Counted from the stretch's first letter, positions 9,401 to 18,478 are shown. The stretch: DNA of 64,000 bases from an uncultured Prolixibacteraceae bacterium (GCA_964449285.1 CAYUZX010000004.1:1070-65069), one strand, 5' to 3'. Notes: a model not told the origin generated them from the sequence alone. A program made the numbers and translations.

Positions 9401-11674
9401 GAAGTGTCTACCCAGCGTTTGGATGCCGCAAAAAAAGAGATCCAGGAAGCGATTCACACGTTGAAAATGATCAGCGAAAGTACTGACAAAGTATTTGCTG
9501 AAAGGTTAGTTGAGCATTTGTCGCTCCTTTTTGTCGACTTGAGTAATCTCATTGATTCAGGCGCCCCAAATCAAAATACTCCTGAAGACCATAGTATAGC
9601 TACAAAACAACTTCTTCAAAAGTTCACACTGATCCCCGGGCTGTGGGCCGGAAACAGGATTATGCTTTACAATGGGGTCAAACTAGAAATCAGGCTTAGA
9701 CTCTTTTCCTTCCGCCTCAGGAAGCTCCTCGAACGGGCCCTGGATGAAATTGGGCAAGTGACCGATAACTGCATCATTCATCACGCAGGGATATTAAATA
9801 CCCGGGTAAAACAATATCTCGAAGAGCTCAACCATGATCCTTCTTCCCAGTTTAATCTGGATGAATCGGAAATCCAGTGGGACGATAAAACAGATTTTCA
9901 GCTAACCCTGGACAAAATCATTGACAAATCGTTGATTGGGATTAAAGCCCTGGTAAATAAACTGCCTGAAACATCAGAACTTCTTGTCCCGGCCAGTGTG
10001 AAAGAACCAGCCGAATTTATCAGTGAAGAACTAAAACCTGTTGTTCTTCCTACTTATCAGTTGGTGAATTATCATGTTCAGCGCAACCTATTTGAAGCTT
10101 TGCACCGGATCAAGGGAACATTTCCCAAATCTGTTTATATCTCTGCCGGAAGGATTAAAAACGCCCTCCGTCTGGTTAGCATCGGGAACATGAACCCTGA
10201 GGCAAAAAGCACTCTTGAGATGGTGCTCCGTGAAAATGATGCTCCAGAAGGATTCCATGGTGGAGGTGAAGGTTTCACTGATTTTGTCACAGAACAGCTG
10301 AAGGTTGTTGAAGAGGAGTTGAAAAAGATCCAATACGTCCTGGACCACCTCTATTCCGATCTTGAACAGCAGATTAGCACAACCACCGGCGAACTCACAG
10401 TTGCACGTCTTCTCAACACGCCTGACACATACAAAAAGTATATTAAAAAACGAGATGCCCGGCACCGGTTCAATCTGATGAAGAGCTCTCTTCAGTCTGT
10501 CATGCAGCGGCTCTACAGGATGAGTGCGACAATCTGGTACCGGCAAAGTGATGCACTACTCCTTGCTAAAAAGATTAGCGCAGGGGATGTAAAACAAAGG
10601 TCTGTGGTTGACTTATTATTGACCCTCTACGAACGGGTGACTCCACAGGAGGAATTATTGAACAAATTGCCTTTTTACTACCGGCAGCTTTTTCTCCAGA
10701 AGTACAACTTTAAATCTGAGTTCTGGGTAAACCGACAGAAGGAGATTTCCCAGGTACAGCAGGCAATATCCCGTTACATGAAGGGATTCCATGGTGGTAT
10801 CATGATTCGTGGCGACCGGAATACAGGAAAGACCTTCTTCTTAAACTATATCTCTTCAACCTTTTACCAGGGGCATCAGGTTTATGCACTCAGCGCTCCC
10901 CCGGCCGGCTCTTGCAATCCGGAAGTTTTCCTTAAAATGCTTCAGGAGAGTACAGGGATTGATGGGAGTATCGACCAGGTTTTTAACAGCCTGGAGGAAG
11001 ATTCCCTGATCGTAATCGATGACCTTGAGCTGTGGTGGGAGAAATCCGATTCAGGAACAGCAGTTGTGGAGGTGATAGGAGATCTAATCAGGAGATATGG
11101 CCATAAGTGCCTGTTTCTTCTTACAGTCTCTGAAGCCAGTTACCGTGTGATCAGCCAGGTTTCTGAGATCGAATCCTGTATGCTCTCTGTGGTCGACCTC
11201 CAGCCCTTCAACACCCTCGCAATCCAGGAGGTGATTATGTTTCGGCATCAGTCGAGCGGTCTTGATATCCGGAGATCTGATAAAGGAAATGTACGACTGA
11301 CCCGTACTGCCCAGGCAAAACTATTCGCCAGATACTTCAGCTACACCCGTGGAAACATCGGCGCTGCCCTGCTTGCCTGGGTCTCAAATATCACCGATTT
11401 CCAGGACGACACGCTCTACATCAGACAGCCACAGTCTGCCGGCCATGCAATCCTTGAACGGTTAAGCCCTACTGTCAGGCTCTATCTTGTTCAATTTCTG
11501 CTTCATAAACGCCTTGATCTGCCCAAACTTCAGCGATTGACATTGGATCCTGCGAATGAAGTGGAAAAACAGCTTCTCTTCCTGAAACGGGCAGGGTTAA
11601 TCAATGAACGCGCTGGCCATATTTTTGAACTTGACAGGTATCTCTATATTCACCTCAAACATGTCATTCAGTAA
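6473..11674 (+). CDS. Cation-chloride cotransporter (SLC12/APC superfamily) fused to a ~1000-aa cytoplasmic extension ending in a P-loop ATPase and a winged-helix-like tail
   Basis: Single uninterrupted 1733-aa ORF. The first ~735 aa are SLC12-like (FGAFAGVFTPSLLTILGVIMYMRLGWVVGQAG, 12 TM, then NWQPNIILFSGG / VMMGWA / IDIWW cytoplasmic domain). Walker A GDRNTGKT is at 10811-10834 and Walker B LIVIDDLE at 11006-11029. Confidence 0.85.
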   Translation: MEKAKKFGAFAGVFTPSLLTILGVIMYMRLGWVVGQAGLISALVIIVLAHVISISTGLSISSIATDKKIQAGGIYYILSRSLGLPIGGAIGITLFIGTALSISLYLVGFAESFLAIDAIRNFTGLEQNVTGFRIVGTAAIIFLVILAFISTSVAIKTQFYIMGAIGLSLISIVVGFFINDGFSATTISLSYLRDGVSPELVFAIFFPAVTGFTAGVAMSGDLKDPKKTIPRGTLAAIACGFIIYVALAVSFALFVDRDLLINDYNFLMKIAWFAPFVIAGIWGATLSSALGGILGGPRILQATSADRITPKIFARGYGASNEPRNALLLIFLIAEAGILIGELDVIAGIVTMFYLASYGFINIAFFLENWASTDFRPSFRVNRYFGLIGFIAAFGVMFKLDMVSMFAAFIIMGLLYSYLKRQQRNTDSGDVWQSVYSSLVRSALHRMRKRPLEQRNWQPNIILFSGGTEKRPHLIEFGKSLVGRHGVLSNFDLKENKDAQILVTRTEGETTSVEEMPGIFTQRKTVRDLYDGIESIAGVYGFSGFEPNTVMMGWARETQQPERFADMLTTLYELDLNVLLLDWDKRTGFGKYSTIDIWWKDISNQGNLALALCKLLLLSDQWNGATIRLMIVNSFAEQQDHIITEAERLLETLRINASVKVIDNHIKLLPFYEIMQVESHTTDLVIAGIPKIEKGKEAEYVETTSILLRQIGTVLLIKASSAFKKLSLEIDKHQYKYIPDQAVQHTPSEKSKETSQQLLPEGIPEELKKLYTSSLHLISQFHQEFVQPAFRYNVNKVLALEKNIQDSVQLIESESFRSLPATKQARQLAYFKTNQLVLTEKIIDELQKTISTEQREGLDKGIQFLISGIQESVDKSPATIKIRLFPRHLEIQNNDSLPARNFKRFIRFVYTKKKISEGISYTVRFQRLIRNVLPEGFYQKLDASLINLGQLNLDTIIEIRKLLSANQLFFDLLAFQEVSTQRLDAAKKEIQEAIHTLKMISESTDKVFAERLVEHLSLLFVDLSNLIDSGAPNQNTPEDHSIATKQLLQKFTLIPGLWAGNRIMLYNGVKLEIRLRLFSFRLRKLLERALDEIGQVTDNCIIHHAGILNTRVKQYLEELNHDPSSQFNLDESEIQWDDKTDFQLTLDKIIDKSLIGIKALVNKLPETSELLVPASVKEPAEFISEELKPVVLPTYQLVNYHVQRNLFEALHRIKGTFPKSVYISAGRIKNALRLVSIGNMNPEAKSTLEMVLRENDAPEGFHGGGEGFTDFVTEQLKVVEEELKKIQYVLDHLYSDLEQQISTTTGELTVARLLNTPDTYKKYIKKRDARHRFNLMKSSLQSVMQRLYRMSATIWYRQSDALLLAKKISAGDVKQRSVVDLLLTLYERVTPQEELLNKLPFYYRQLFLQKYNFKSEFWVNRQKEISQVQQAISRYMKGFHGGIMIRGDRNTGKTFFLNYISSTFYQGHQVYALSAPPAGSCNPEVFLKMLQESTGIDGSIDQVFNSLEEDSLIVIDDLELWWEKSDSGTAVVEVIGDLIRRYGHKCLFLLTVSEASYRVISQVSEIESCMLSVVDLQPFNTLAIQEVIMFRHQSSGLDIRRSDKGNVRLTRTAQAKLFARYFSYTRGNIGAALLAWVSNITDFQDDTLYIRQPQSAGHAILERLSPTVRLYLVQFLLHKRLDLPKLQRLTLDPANEVEKQLLFLKRAGLINERAGHIFELDRYLYIHLKHVIQ

Positions 11675-11698
11675 TTATATAAATAAGGAGACACACCT

Positions 11699-12439
11699 AT
11701 GGAAATAACCGGCCCCGATCCTGCTCATCTCTTCCTTCGGTTTGTTGGATGGGGGATGGCGATTTTCCTGGTAATCCGCCTGCTCCGGTTCTTACTGCCA
11801 ATCCTCCTTTACAAAGAGAAGCCCAGGAATTTTTTCATAAAAATATTTCCTTTGGCCGAACTGGTCTTCTGGATGGTATACCTTTCCTGGTTCGTATTTC
11901 TCTTTTACGAAGCCGATGAGATCTATGTATTTGTGGTTCTGGCTATTTTACTGATGTTACTTTTCTGGATATCCCGCTTCTGGATGAAAGATATTATAGC
12001 CGGTGTGTTTTTCCGAAGTTCCACTCGACTGAAAGCAGAGGATCAGCTTCATTTCGGGGAGCTCAAAGGGACGATCAAGAAGTTCGGAAGCTCCTCCCTC
12101 GAACTTGAGACACAGGATAACCAAACCATTTTTATCCCATATGCAAAACTTGTTGATGCTGTAAACATCAAGAGTGAACGGACCGGCCAAAGCAAAGGGT
12201 ATACGTTTATCCTGGATTGTCCCAGAAAAGAGGAGATCAGTGCGCTTACACAGCAAATAAAGTCGACCATCCTCTCCACACCCTGGGTGTCGGTAAACCG
12301 AATGTCAGTAATCACTTTGGCCACCCAGACAGAGGAGAACTATTCTTTTGAAATCACAGTGTTTCCGATCGACAAGAGCTTTGCAGGAAAAATCGAAACA
12401 CTGGTAACGGAGAAATATTCGGGTAAGAAAGACCGGTAA
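11699..12439 (+). CDS. MscS-like small-conductance mechanosensitive channel family protein
   Basis: 246 aa; three N-terminal TM helices, then an MscS beta-domain pattern (IIAGVFF...GELKGTIKKFGSSSLELETQDNQTIFIPYAKLVDAVNIKS). Starts 24 nt after the transporter stop with AGGAG upstream. Confidence 0.75.
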   Translation: MEITGPDPAHLFLRFVGWGMAIFLVIRLLRFLLPILLYKEKPRNFFIKIFPLAELVFWMVYLSWFVFLFYEADEIYVFVVLAILLMLLFWISRFWMKDIIAGVFFRSSTRLKAEDQLHFGELKGTIKKFGSSSLELETQDNQTIFIPYAKLVDAVNIKSERTGQSKGYTFILDCPRKEEISALTQQIKSTILSTPWVSVNRMSVITLATQTEENYSFEITVFPIDKSFAGKIETLVTEKYSGKKDR

Positions 12440-12515
12440 AGGGGAGTGATACGAAGACTCGACCTGGTAGATTCTATAATTGAAATGTCAAAAGAATTAG
12501 ATAATAAAGAAACTG

Positions 12516-13061
12516 CTATCGCAGCCCTGTATGCATCCACTCCAGGAAAAAGAAGAGTGCAAATCCATCGATCGAACAGTTAATCTTGTTTGTGTTTATC
12601 ATGGGAACAATCTCCTCCATCGCGGTAAAATGAAGGCCAAGGATTCCTTCATTCCGGTCAAACGCATTAACCGGGATTTCATCTTTAATCTCTGCAGCGA
12701 AGATAAAGACTTTCTCATCGGTCAGGCTTGGAGCTGGAAAAACTTCTTTCAGCAGATGCCATGTTTCCGACATGAGCCCGGTCTCTTCCAGCAGTTCTCG
12801 CCTTGCAGCCACAATCGGCTCTTCTCCGGCATCAATTCTTCCGCCTGGAAGCTCATAAGTCAACGCACCTATCAGATATCTGTTCAGGGAGATCAATCCG
12901 ATGGAATTTCTCGTGTATGGAATTATACTCACCGAGCCGGGTTTCTTTAGGTAATAGAAATCCCGATGGCCAATTTTACCAATCTCCACATCATCGTGAA
13001 TAACATCGAAACGGGGAGTGGAACAGAGAAAATTTCGTTGGTTCAGGGTATATTTGATCAT
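12516..13061 (-). CDS. NUDIX hydrolase (ADP-ribose pyrophosphatase-like)
   Basis: 181 aa; Nudix box GGRIDAGEEPIVAARRELLEETG. Confidence 0.9.
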   Translation of the reverse strand: MIKYTLNQRNFLCSTPRFDVIHDDVEIGKIGHRDFYYLKKPGSVSIIPYTRNSIGLISLNRYLIGALTYELPGGRIDAGEEPIVAARRELLEETGLMSETWHLLKEVFPAPSLTDEKVFIFAAEIKDEIPVNAFDRNEGILGLHFTAMEEIVPMINTNKINCSIDGFALFFFLEWMHTGLR

Positions 13062-13196
13062 ATGGAGATTAGACTATGACCATTGAGAGTACATAAAGGC
13101 AAAACAATACCACAATCACAATGACGGGTATAACAGCAATCCAGTTTCCTTTTGATTCCTTATCCATGGCATGAAGCTATTGCTTCCACAAATATA

Positions 13197-14030
13197 CTAA
13201 AATTCGTCCGGCAGTTTACTCAACTCCTCATAAGTGAATACCGGACCATCTTTGCATACGTAGGTACTTCCGATGTTGCATCGACCACATTTACCCAGTC
13301 CGCACTGCATCTTCATCTCCAACGTTGTGATCACATCTTTGGGATTAAAACCGAGCTTATCGAGTGACATGAGCGTATACTTGATCATGATTGGCGGGCC
13401 GCAGGTGATGACCTTCGTGTTCTCAATGGTTGGTTTCACCACCTCTTCCAGAATTTTTGGGACAACACCTACATTTTCTTTCCAGGTATCTTCAGGCTTA
13501 TCAATCGTCAGAACCACCCTGAGCGATTTATTGTTCACCCACTCTTCGATCTCCTCTTTGTAACAGATATCAGCCGAGGTACGAGCTCCATAGAGAATAG
13601 TAAAATCATTATAATCGTTGCGATTATCTATGGCGTACTGGATAAGTGACCGTAACGGGGCTAACCCGATACCACCTCCGACAAAGAGCAGGTTCTTCCC
13701 TTTTAGGTCTTCAATTGGGAACCAATTTCCATAGGGTCCTCTGATTCCAACTTCATCCCCTTCATCCACATCACGGTGTATATCAGCAGTTACAATCCCG
13801 GCACGTTTTATAGAACAGTCGAACGTGCCTTTCCGTGTTGCCGAGGAAGCGATGCAAAAGGTGCATTCCCCACTGCCAAGCAGGGAGAACTCTACAAATT
13901 GACCTGGAAGCCAGTCAAATTTCTCTGTCAATGATTCATCCCTGAATTTCAACCGGTAAGTCCTTACATCCGGAGTCTCCTGGATGATCTTATCGACCGT
14001 ACAGATCATGGGGACTAGAAGTTGTTCCAT
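13197..14030 (-). CDS. FAD/NAD(P)-binding oxidoreductase with C-terminal 2Fe-2S site (FlxA / AsrB / hydrogenase-gamma-like)
   Basis: 277 aa; ferredoxin-reductase-type fold motifs (GQFVEF, LLFVGGGIGLAPL) and C-terminal CGLGKCGRCNIG cluster motif. Last gene of the hdr-flx-type cluster. Confidence 0.85.
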   Translation of the reverse strand: MEQLLVPMICTVDKIIQETPDVRTYRLKFRDESLTEKFDWLPGQFVEFSLLGSGECTFCIASSATRKGTFDCSIKRAGIVTADIHRDVDEGDEVGIRGPYGNWFPIEDLKGKNLLFVGGGIGLAPLRSLIQYAIDNRNDYNDFTILYGARTSADICYKEEIEEWVNNKSLRVVLTIDKPEDTWKENVGVVPKILEEVVKPTIENTKVITCGPPIMIKYTLMSLDKLGFNPKDVITTLEMKMQCGLGKCGRCNIGSTYVCKDGPVFTYEELSKLPDEF

Positions 14031-14040
14031 ATTCTCAAAT

Positions 14041-14064
14041 GGTGAAATGGTGAAAAAGCGAAAT
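14041..14064. repeat. Octamer tandem array GGTGAAAT x3
   Basis: ggtgaaat ggtgaaaa agcgaaat, in the flxA-like/flxB-like spacer. Confidence 0.85.
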
Positions 14065-14084
14065 TAAGTTTCATATTCTTCTAT

Positions 14085-14120
14085 ATTCCTGCATTGTTGC
14101 ATTGTTTCATTCCTGCATTG
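14085..14120. repeat. Octamer tandem array ATTCCTGC (complement GCAGGAAT) x4.5
   Basis: attcctgc attgttgc attgtttc attcctgc attg; contains the stop and the last 3 codons of the flxB-like gene. Confidence 0.9.
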
Positions 14121-15156
14121 AACCAGCAACCTTGTTAACGACTTCGAATATGCTGATGTTCACCGGGCAGGAGGTGGTGCACTTCCCGCAGCCGACACAG
14201 AGGTTCATCCCAAACCGCTCCTTGTAATAGACAAACTTGTGCATGGCGCGCTGACGCCAGCGCCGGTATTTTACCTGCCTTGGATTATGACCGCCTGCCA
14301 TCAGGGTAAAGTAGACATTATTACAGGAGTCGTAACTCTTGTATCTGACTCCTTCATCCCGTAGTTTCTCGTCGGAAATTTTAAAACAGTGACAGGTGGG
14401 GCACACAAACGCGCATGTATTGCAACTGACACAGGTGGCCGGAATATCTTCAAACGCTGGTGAATCAAACTTGCCCTGCATCTTTTCATTGATCTCATTG
14501 TAGTCCATCTTCAGGCGGAAAGAACTTGCAAACTTCACAAACTGCTTCTTCATCTCCTCCTGGGCAGAACCATTGGCAACCGATATGCCTTTTGCATTCT
14601 CTTTCAAAAATAGCTCCCCCTTTTCGGTGCGGGCCTGCAGATAAATCGTTCCGTTCAATCCGTTGATAACGGCTACGTCAAAGGCGTCCAGTTTCTCCAC
14701 ATCGTAGTCGAGAGAGGTACAAAAACAATGGGTGGAAGCCTCATTGCAACGGGTTGAAATCAGAATCGTATTCTCCCTGCGTTTTTCGTAATCGGTATCC
14801 ACGTAGTCCCACTTGTAGACGGCATCCAATACCTGAAGGCCACGTGCATCACAATGCTTGACACCCAAAATAACCCGTTTCCCTGCCAATGGATCTTCGT
14901 CGGTATCCATGAGTTCAGTCCCTTCACTAGTGGCCTTGTATTTCATCACCTTTGCTGATTTAGGGAAGAAGAGCGGTTTTATGCTCATCGTCGAAGGGAT
15001 GGGTGAATCAGTGTTGCATCTGGAAAGGGAATCAACCTTGATGAAATCAAATTTGCCAAATTTTTCCACCGGTGCGTAGGTATCATGAGCGCTGATGATT
15101 GCCTCATAAAACGCCTGAAGTCCGGCAGGATCAGTACTATATGTTGTCAGGTTCAT
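14107..15156 (-). CDS. 4Fe-4S dicluster protein (FlxB / AsrA-like)
   Basis: 349 aa; CVSCNTCAFVCPTCHC and CVGCGKCTTSCP ferredoxin motifs. The last three codons and the stop lie inside an octamer repeat array. Confidence 0.8.
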   Translation of the reverse strand: MNLTTYSTDPAGLQAFYEAIISAHDTYAPVEKFGKFDFIKVDSLSRCNTDSPIPSTMSIKPLFFPKSAKVMKYKATSEGTELMDTDEDPLAGKRVILGVKHCDARGLQVLDAVYKWDYVDTDYEKRRENTILISTRCNEASTHCFCTSLDYDVEKLDAFDVAVINGLNGTIYLQARTEKGELFLKENAKGISVANGSAQEEMKKQFVKFASSFRLKMDYNEINEKMQGKFDSPAFEDIPATCVSCNTCAFVCPTCHCFKISDEKLRDEGVRYKSYDSCNNVYFTLMAGGHNPRQVKYRRWRQRAMHKFVYYKERFGMNLCVGCGKCTTSCPVNISIFEVVNKVAGSMQE

Positions 15157-15168
15157 CGTTTAGAAAGG

Positions 15169-16020
15169 TTACATGATAAAATCGTCAGGATCACTCAAGC
15201 TGTATTTGTAGAAAGCTCCCCGGTCATCCTGGATCATTCCGGCCAGGTGTTCCTGGAAGTTCTCGTAAATCACCTTTTCGTTTTGCTTATGCAAGAGGTG
15301 TAGCGGGAGATGGCTTGGACAAGCTTTTTCACAGTTACGGCAATCCACACACCGTCCGGCCAGGTGTAGCGACCATGTCATGAGGGCATGAAACGCACTT
15401 GAGGTAGTATTAGCTCCCTGGAAGAGGGTAGCAGTTTCCTGGTCGATACAGCACTTGGCGCAATAGCAAAGGGGACAGGAGTGGCGGCATGCATTACAGC
15501 GGATGCAGCTCTCAAACACCTCTTCGAAATATTCCTGCCGTTCGGTCAGACTTTTTCCGTCCAGTTCACGGATGTCGGCATTCACCTGATAGTCACGTTT
15601 TCCGGATGGTGTGCCAAGGATCTCATCATAGATCACGGCATCAGGCATCACACATTCAACGCAGTTCTGAGCCTTCTCCCCCGTTTCATCCACAACGCCT
15701 TCACAGGCGATCCCGACGATATAGAGATTTTCGCGCTTTACCTGGTTTTCGGTCAGCATCAGGTTCAGAGCCCGGCTGTCGCACCCTTTTACAACCAATC
15801 CCACCCGTTTATTCCTGGTATGCTCGTACTTCAGGTAGTTTGCGAGGTTGAAAACCGATTTATCAGTGAAGAGTAGCTGATCCACATCTTTGTAGTGCTT
15901 GATCAGCACCGGCACCTGGTTCTCATCAAAGCCCGTATTGCGGTAACCGATGAAGAGATCAATCTTCTCTTCAGAGAATAGTCTTCCCGCAATGTCCTGG
16001 ATTTGCTTTGTATAGTCCAT
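15169..16020 (-). CDS. 4Fe-4S cluster protein (FlxC-like)
   Basis: 283 aa; CIRCNACRHSCPLCYC and CVDCRNCEKACP motifs; sits between the MvhD-like and FlxB-like genes. Confidence 0.7.
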   Translation of the reverse strand: MDYTKQIQDIAGRLFSEEKIDLFIGYRNTGFDENQVPVLIKHYKDVDQLLFTDKSVFNLANYLKYEHTRNKRVGLVVKGCDSRALNLMLTENQVKRENLYIVGIACEGVVDETGEKAQNCVECVMPDAVIYDEILGTPSGKRDYQVNADIRELDGKSLTERQEYFEEVFESCIRCNACRHSCPLCYCAKCCIDQETATLFQGANTTSSAFHALMTWSLHLAGRCVDCRNCEKACPSHLPLHLLHKQNEKVIYENFQEHLAGMIQDDRGAFYKYSLSDPDDFIM

Positions 16021-16025
16021 GTTTA

Positions 16026-16505
16026 TTAAATATTTTCCTTTTTATACAGATGAAGCGGTCCCAGCTTTTTAATATCCTCCGTAACCTTTGTCACCACTTT
16101 GGCAAACTTCGGTCCCTCCGCAGCCGATACCCAGGAAAACTGGACCCGGTCTTCATGGAATCCGACTAAGTTCAGCAGTTTCTTTGTCACCAGGAATCTT
16201 CTTCTGGCATAATAATTTCCAGAGATGTAATGACAATCACCAGGATGGCATCCCGAAATAAGCACGCCATCGGCCGAGGTTTGGAGTGACTTGATAATAA
16301 ACCACGGATCCACACGGCTGGAACAGGGCACCCGTATGATCCGGATGTTCGGCGGGTACTGAAGCCGGCTTGTTCCGGTAAGGTCGGAACCTGCATAGGA
16401 ACACCAGTTGCACAGGATCCCCATGATCACTGGCTGCCAGTCGGGAGGCGCTTCCAGGTGGGGTTTCTCGATGCTGACAATTTTCTCTTTTACTTCTGTT
16501 TCCAT
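16026..16505 (-). CDS. MvhD/FlxD-like hydrogenase iron-sulfur subunit
   Basis: 159 aa; CNWCSYAGSD ... GVLISGCHPGDCHY signature of the methyl-viologen-reducing hydrogenase delta subunit family. Start shares nt 16505 with the hdrA stop. Confidence 0.9.
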   Translation of the reverse strand: METEVKEKIVSIEKPHLEAPPDWQPVIMGILCNWCSYAGSDLTGTSRLQYPPNIRIIRVPCSSRVDPWFIIKSLQTSADGVLISGCHPGDCHYISGNYYARRRFLVTKKLLNLVGFHEDRVQFSWVSAAEGPKFAKVVTKVTEDIKKLGPLHLYKKENI

Positions 16506-18478
16506 CAGATAGATACTATCTCGTTAATGATTTGCATATCGGTGAATCCGGCCAGATCGATGGCCATGCTACGGCAGATTGCCACACAGGAGCCGCAACC
16601 CTGGCAAACTCCTTCGTTGATCTTTGCCACTATCCTGATCTCTTTTGATCCGTGGCCCATCGGAATCTCTTCGGTTACGATTGCCTGGTAAGGACAAACT
16701 GTGACACAGTTCTGGCAACCGGTACAATACTCGGTATTGACTTTGGAGACCATGGGATCCTTCAGGAGGGTATCCCCTGCAAAGAGTCCGCATACCTTGG
16801 CAGCGGTTGCCGATGCCTGTGCAACGGTATCGGGGATGTCTTTGGGAGCCTGAGTACAGCCAGCCAGGAAGATGCCAGCTTTGGCAGTCTCCACCGGGCG
16901 TAATTTTGGATGAGCTTCCGAAAGGAATCCGTACTTGTCGTACGAGATGCCCAGCAGTCGGGCCAGCTCGGGGTTATCTTTGTATGGATAGATTGCTGTA
17001 GCCAGCACCACCAGGTCGGCCTCCACCTCAACCACCTGCCCAATCTGGGCATCTTCCCCGCGTACCATCAGCTTTTCTCCCTTCTGGTAAATCTTCGAGA
17101 CCCTTCCGCGAAGGTAGGTAGCACCAGTTTCAACCTGGGACCGTTTCACAAACTCTTCATACCCTTTTCCTGCCGCTCGGATATCCATGTAGAAGACATA
17201 AGCATGCGAGTCATGTACTTTGTGATGCAGCAAGAGGGTATGCTTGGCAGTATACATGCAACAGATCTTGGAACAGTATTCAATTCCTTTGGCCTCGTCG
17301 CGGGAGCCCACACATTGGATGAAGACGACAGATTTAGGGATTTTGCCATCAGATGGCCGAACCGGAACTCCGCCGGTTGGGCCACTAGCTGAGACCATCC
17401 GCTCAAACTCCAGGGAGTTGATGATGTCCTTGTAACGTCCCACACCATATTCTTCGTACGGTTTCGGATCCCAGAGATCATAGCCGGTAGCAACAACAAC
17501 AGCTCCGATCTCTCGTTCAATGATCTCATCCTGCATGGTATAGTCAATGGATCCCTTTTCACACACCTTGGCACAGATTCCGCATTTGCCTTTTAACAGC
17601 ATGGTGCAGTGTTCTGCATCGATGACCGGTTTGTTGGGAACCGCTTGTGGAAATGGGCTATAGATCGCTTTCCGTTTATCAATGCCCATGTTGAATTCAT
17701 TTGGAACTTTTACGGGGCACTTCTGCACACAGGCGCCACAACCCGTGCAGGTATCGAAATTCACATAGGATGCTTTCCGTTTGATCTTCACCTTGTAATT
17801 TCCCACATAGCCATCCAACTCTATTACTTCGGAGTAAGGAAGCAGTTCAATGTAGGGATGGCTGGCCACATCCACCATCTTGGGGGTAAGGATGCACTGG
17901 GAGCAATCAAGCGTAGGAAAAGTCTCATCCAGCTGAGCCATTTTGCCCCCGATTGATGGGCTCTTCTCGACCAGCACCACCGGGATTCTGGCATCAGCGA
18001 TATCCAGCGCTGCCTGGATGCCAGCAATCCCGCCTCCGATAACAAGTGCCCGTTTGGTCACCGGAACCGAGATCTCATGCAACTGTTCGTTGGCGATGGA
18101 CTTAGCCACTGCCATCCTCACCAGGTCACTTGATTTTTCAGTAGCAGCTTTTTTGTCTTTCTGATGAACCCAGGAGGAGTGCTCCCTAATGTTGGCCACT
18201 TCGAGTAGATAGGGATTCATCCCGGCATCAGAGAGAGCTTTCCTGAAAGTCTTTTCGTGCATCCGCGGGGAGCAAGCTGCAACGACAATTGAGGTGAGCC
18301 GGTGCGCCACAATGGCATCCCGTATCATCCCCTGTCCGGGGTCAGAGCACATATATTTGTAGTCGATGGCATATTTGACCCCTTTGATCTTTTTTGCCTC
18401 TTCCACCACTGCCGGAACATCCACAAAATCGGCGATGTTCGCGCCACAAAAACAAACAAAAACACCTACGCGAGCCAT
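16505..18478 (-). CDS. hdrA: Heterodisulfide reductase subunit A-like FAD/Fe-S protein
   Basis: 657 aa; FAD-binding VIGGGIAGIQAAL plus several CxxCxxCxxxCP ferredoxin motifs (CTGCGACVQKCP, CTGCQNCVTVCP, CQGCGSCVAIC). Confidence 0.9.
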   Translation of the reverse strand: MARVGVFVCFCGANIADFVDVPAVVEEAKKIKGVKYAIDYKYMCSDPGQGMIRDAIVAHRLTSIVVAACSPRMHEKTFRKALSDAGMNPYLLEVANIREHSSWVHQKDKKAATEKSSDLVRMAVAKSIANEQLHEISVPVTKRALVIGGGIAGIQAALDIADARIPVVLVEKSPSIGGKMAQLDETFPTLDCSQCILTPKMVDVASHPYIELLPYSEVIELDGYVGNYKVKIKRKASYVNFDTCTGCGACVQKCPVKVPNEFNMGIDKRKAIYSPFPQAVPNKPVIDAEHCTMLLKGKCGICAKVCEKGSIDYTMQDEIIEREIGAVVVATGYDLWDPKPYEEYGVGRYKDIINSLEFERMVSASGPTGGVPVRPSDGKIPKSVVFIQCVGSRDEAKGIEYCSKICCMYTAKHTLLLHHKVHDSHAYVFYMDIRAAGKGYEEFVKRSQVETGATYLRGRVSKIYQKGEKLMVRGEDAQIGQVVEVEADLVVLATAIYPYKDNPELARLLGISYDKYGFLSEAHPKLRPVETAKAGIFLAGCTQAPKDIPDTVAQASATAAKVCGLFAGDTLLKDPMVSKVNTEYCTGCQNCVTVCPYQAIVTEEIPMGHGSKEIRIVAKINEGVCQGCGSCVAICRSMAIDLAGFTDMQIINEIVSI

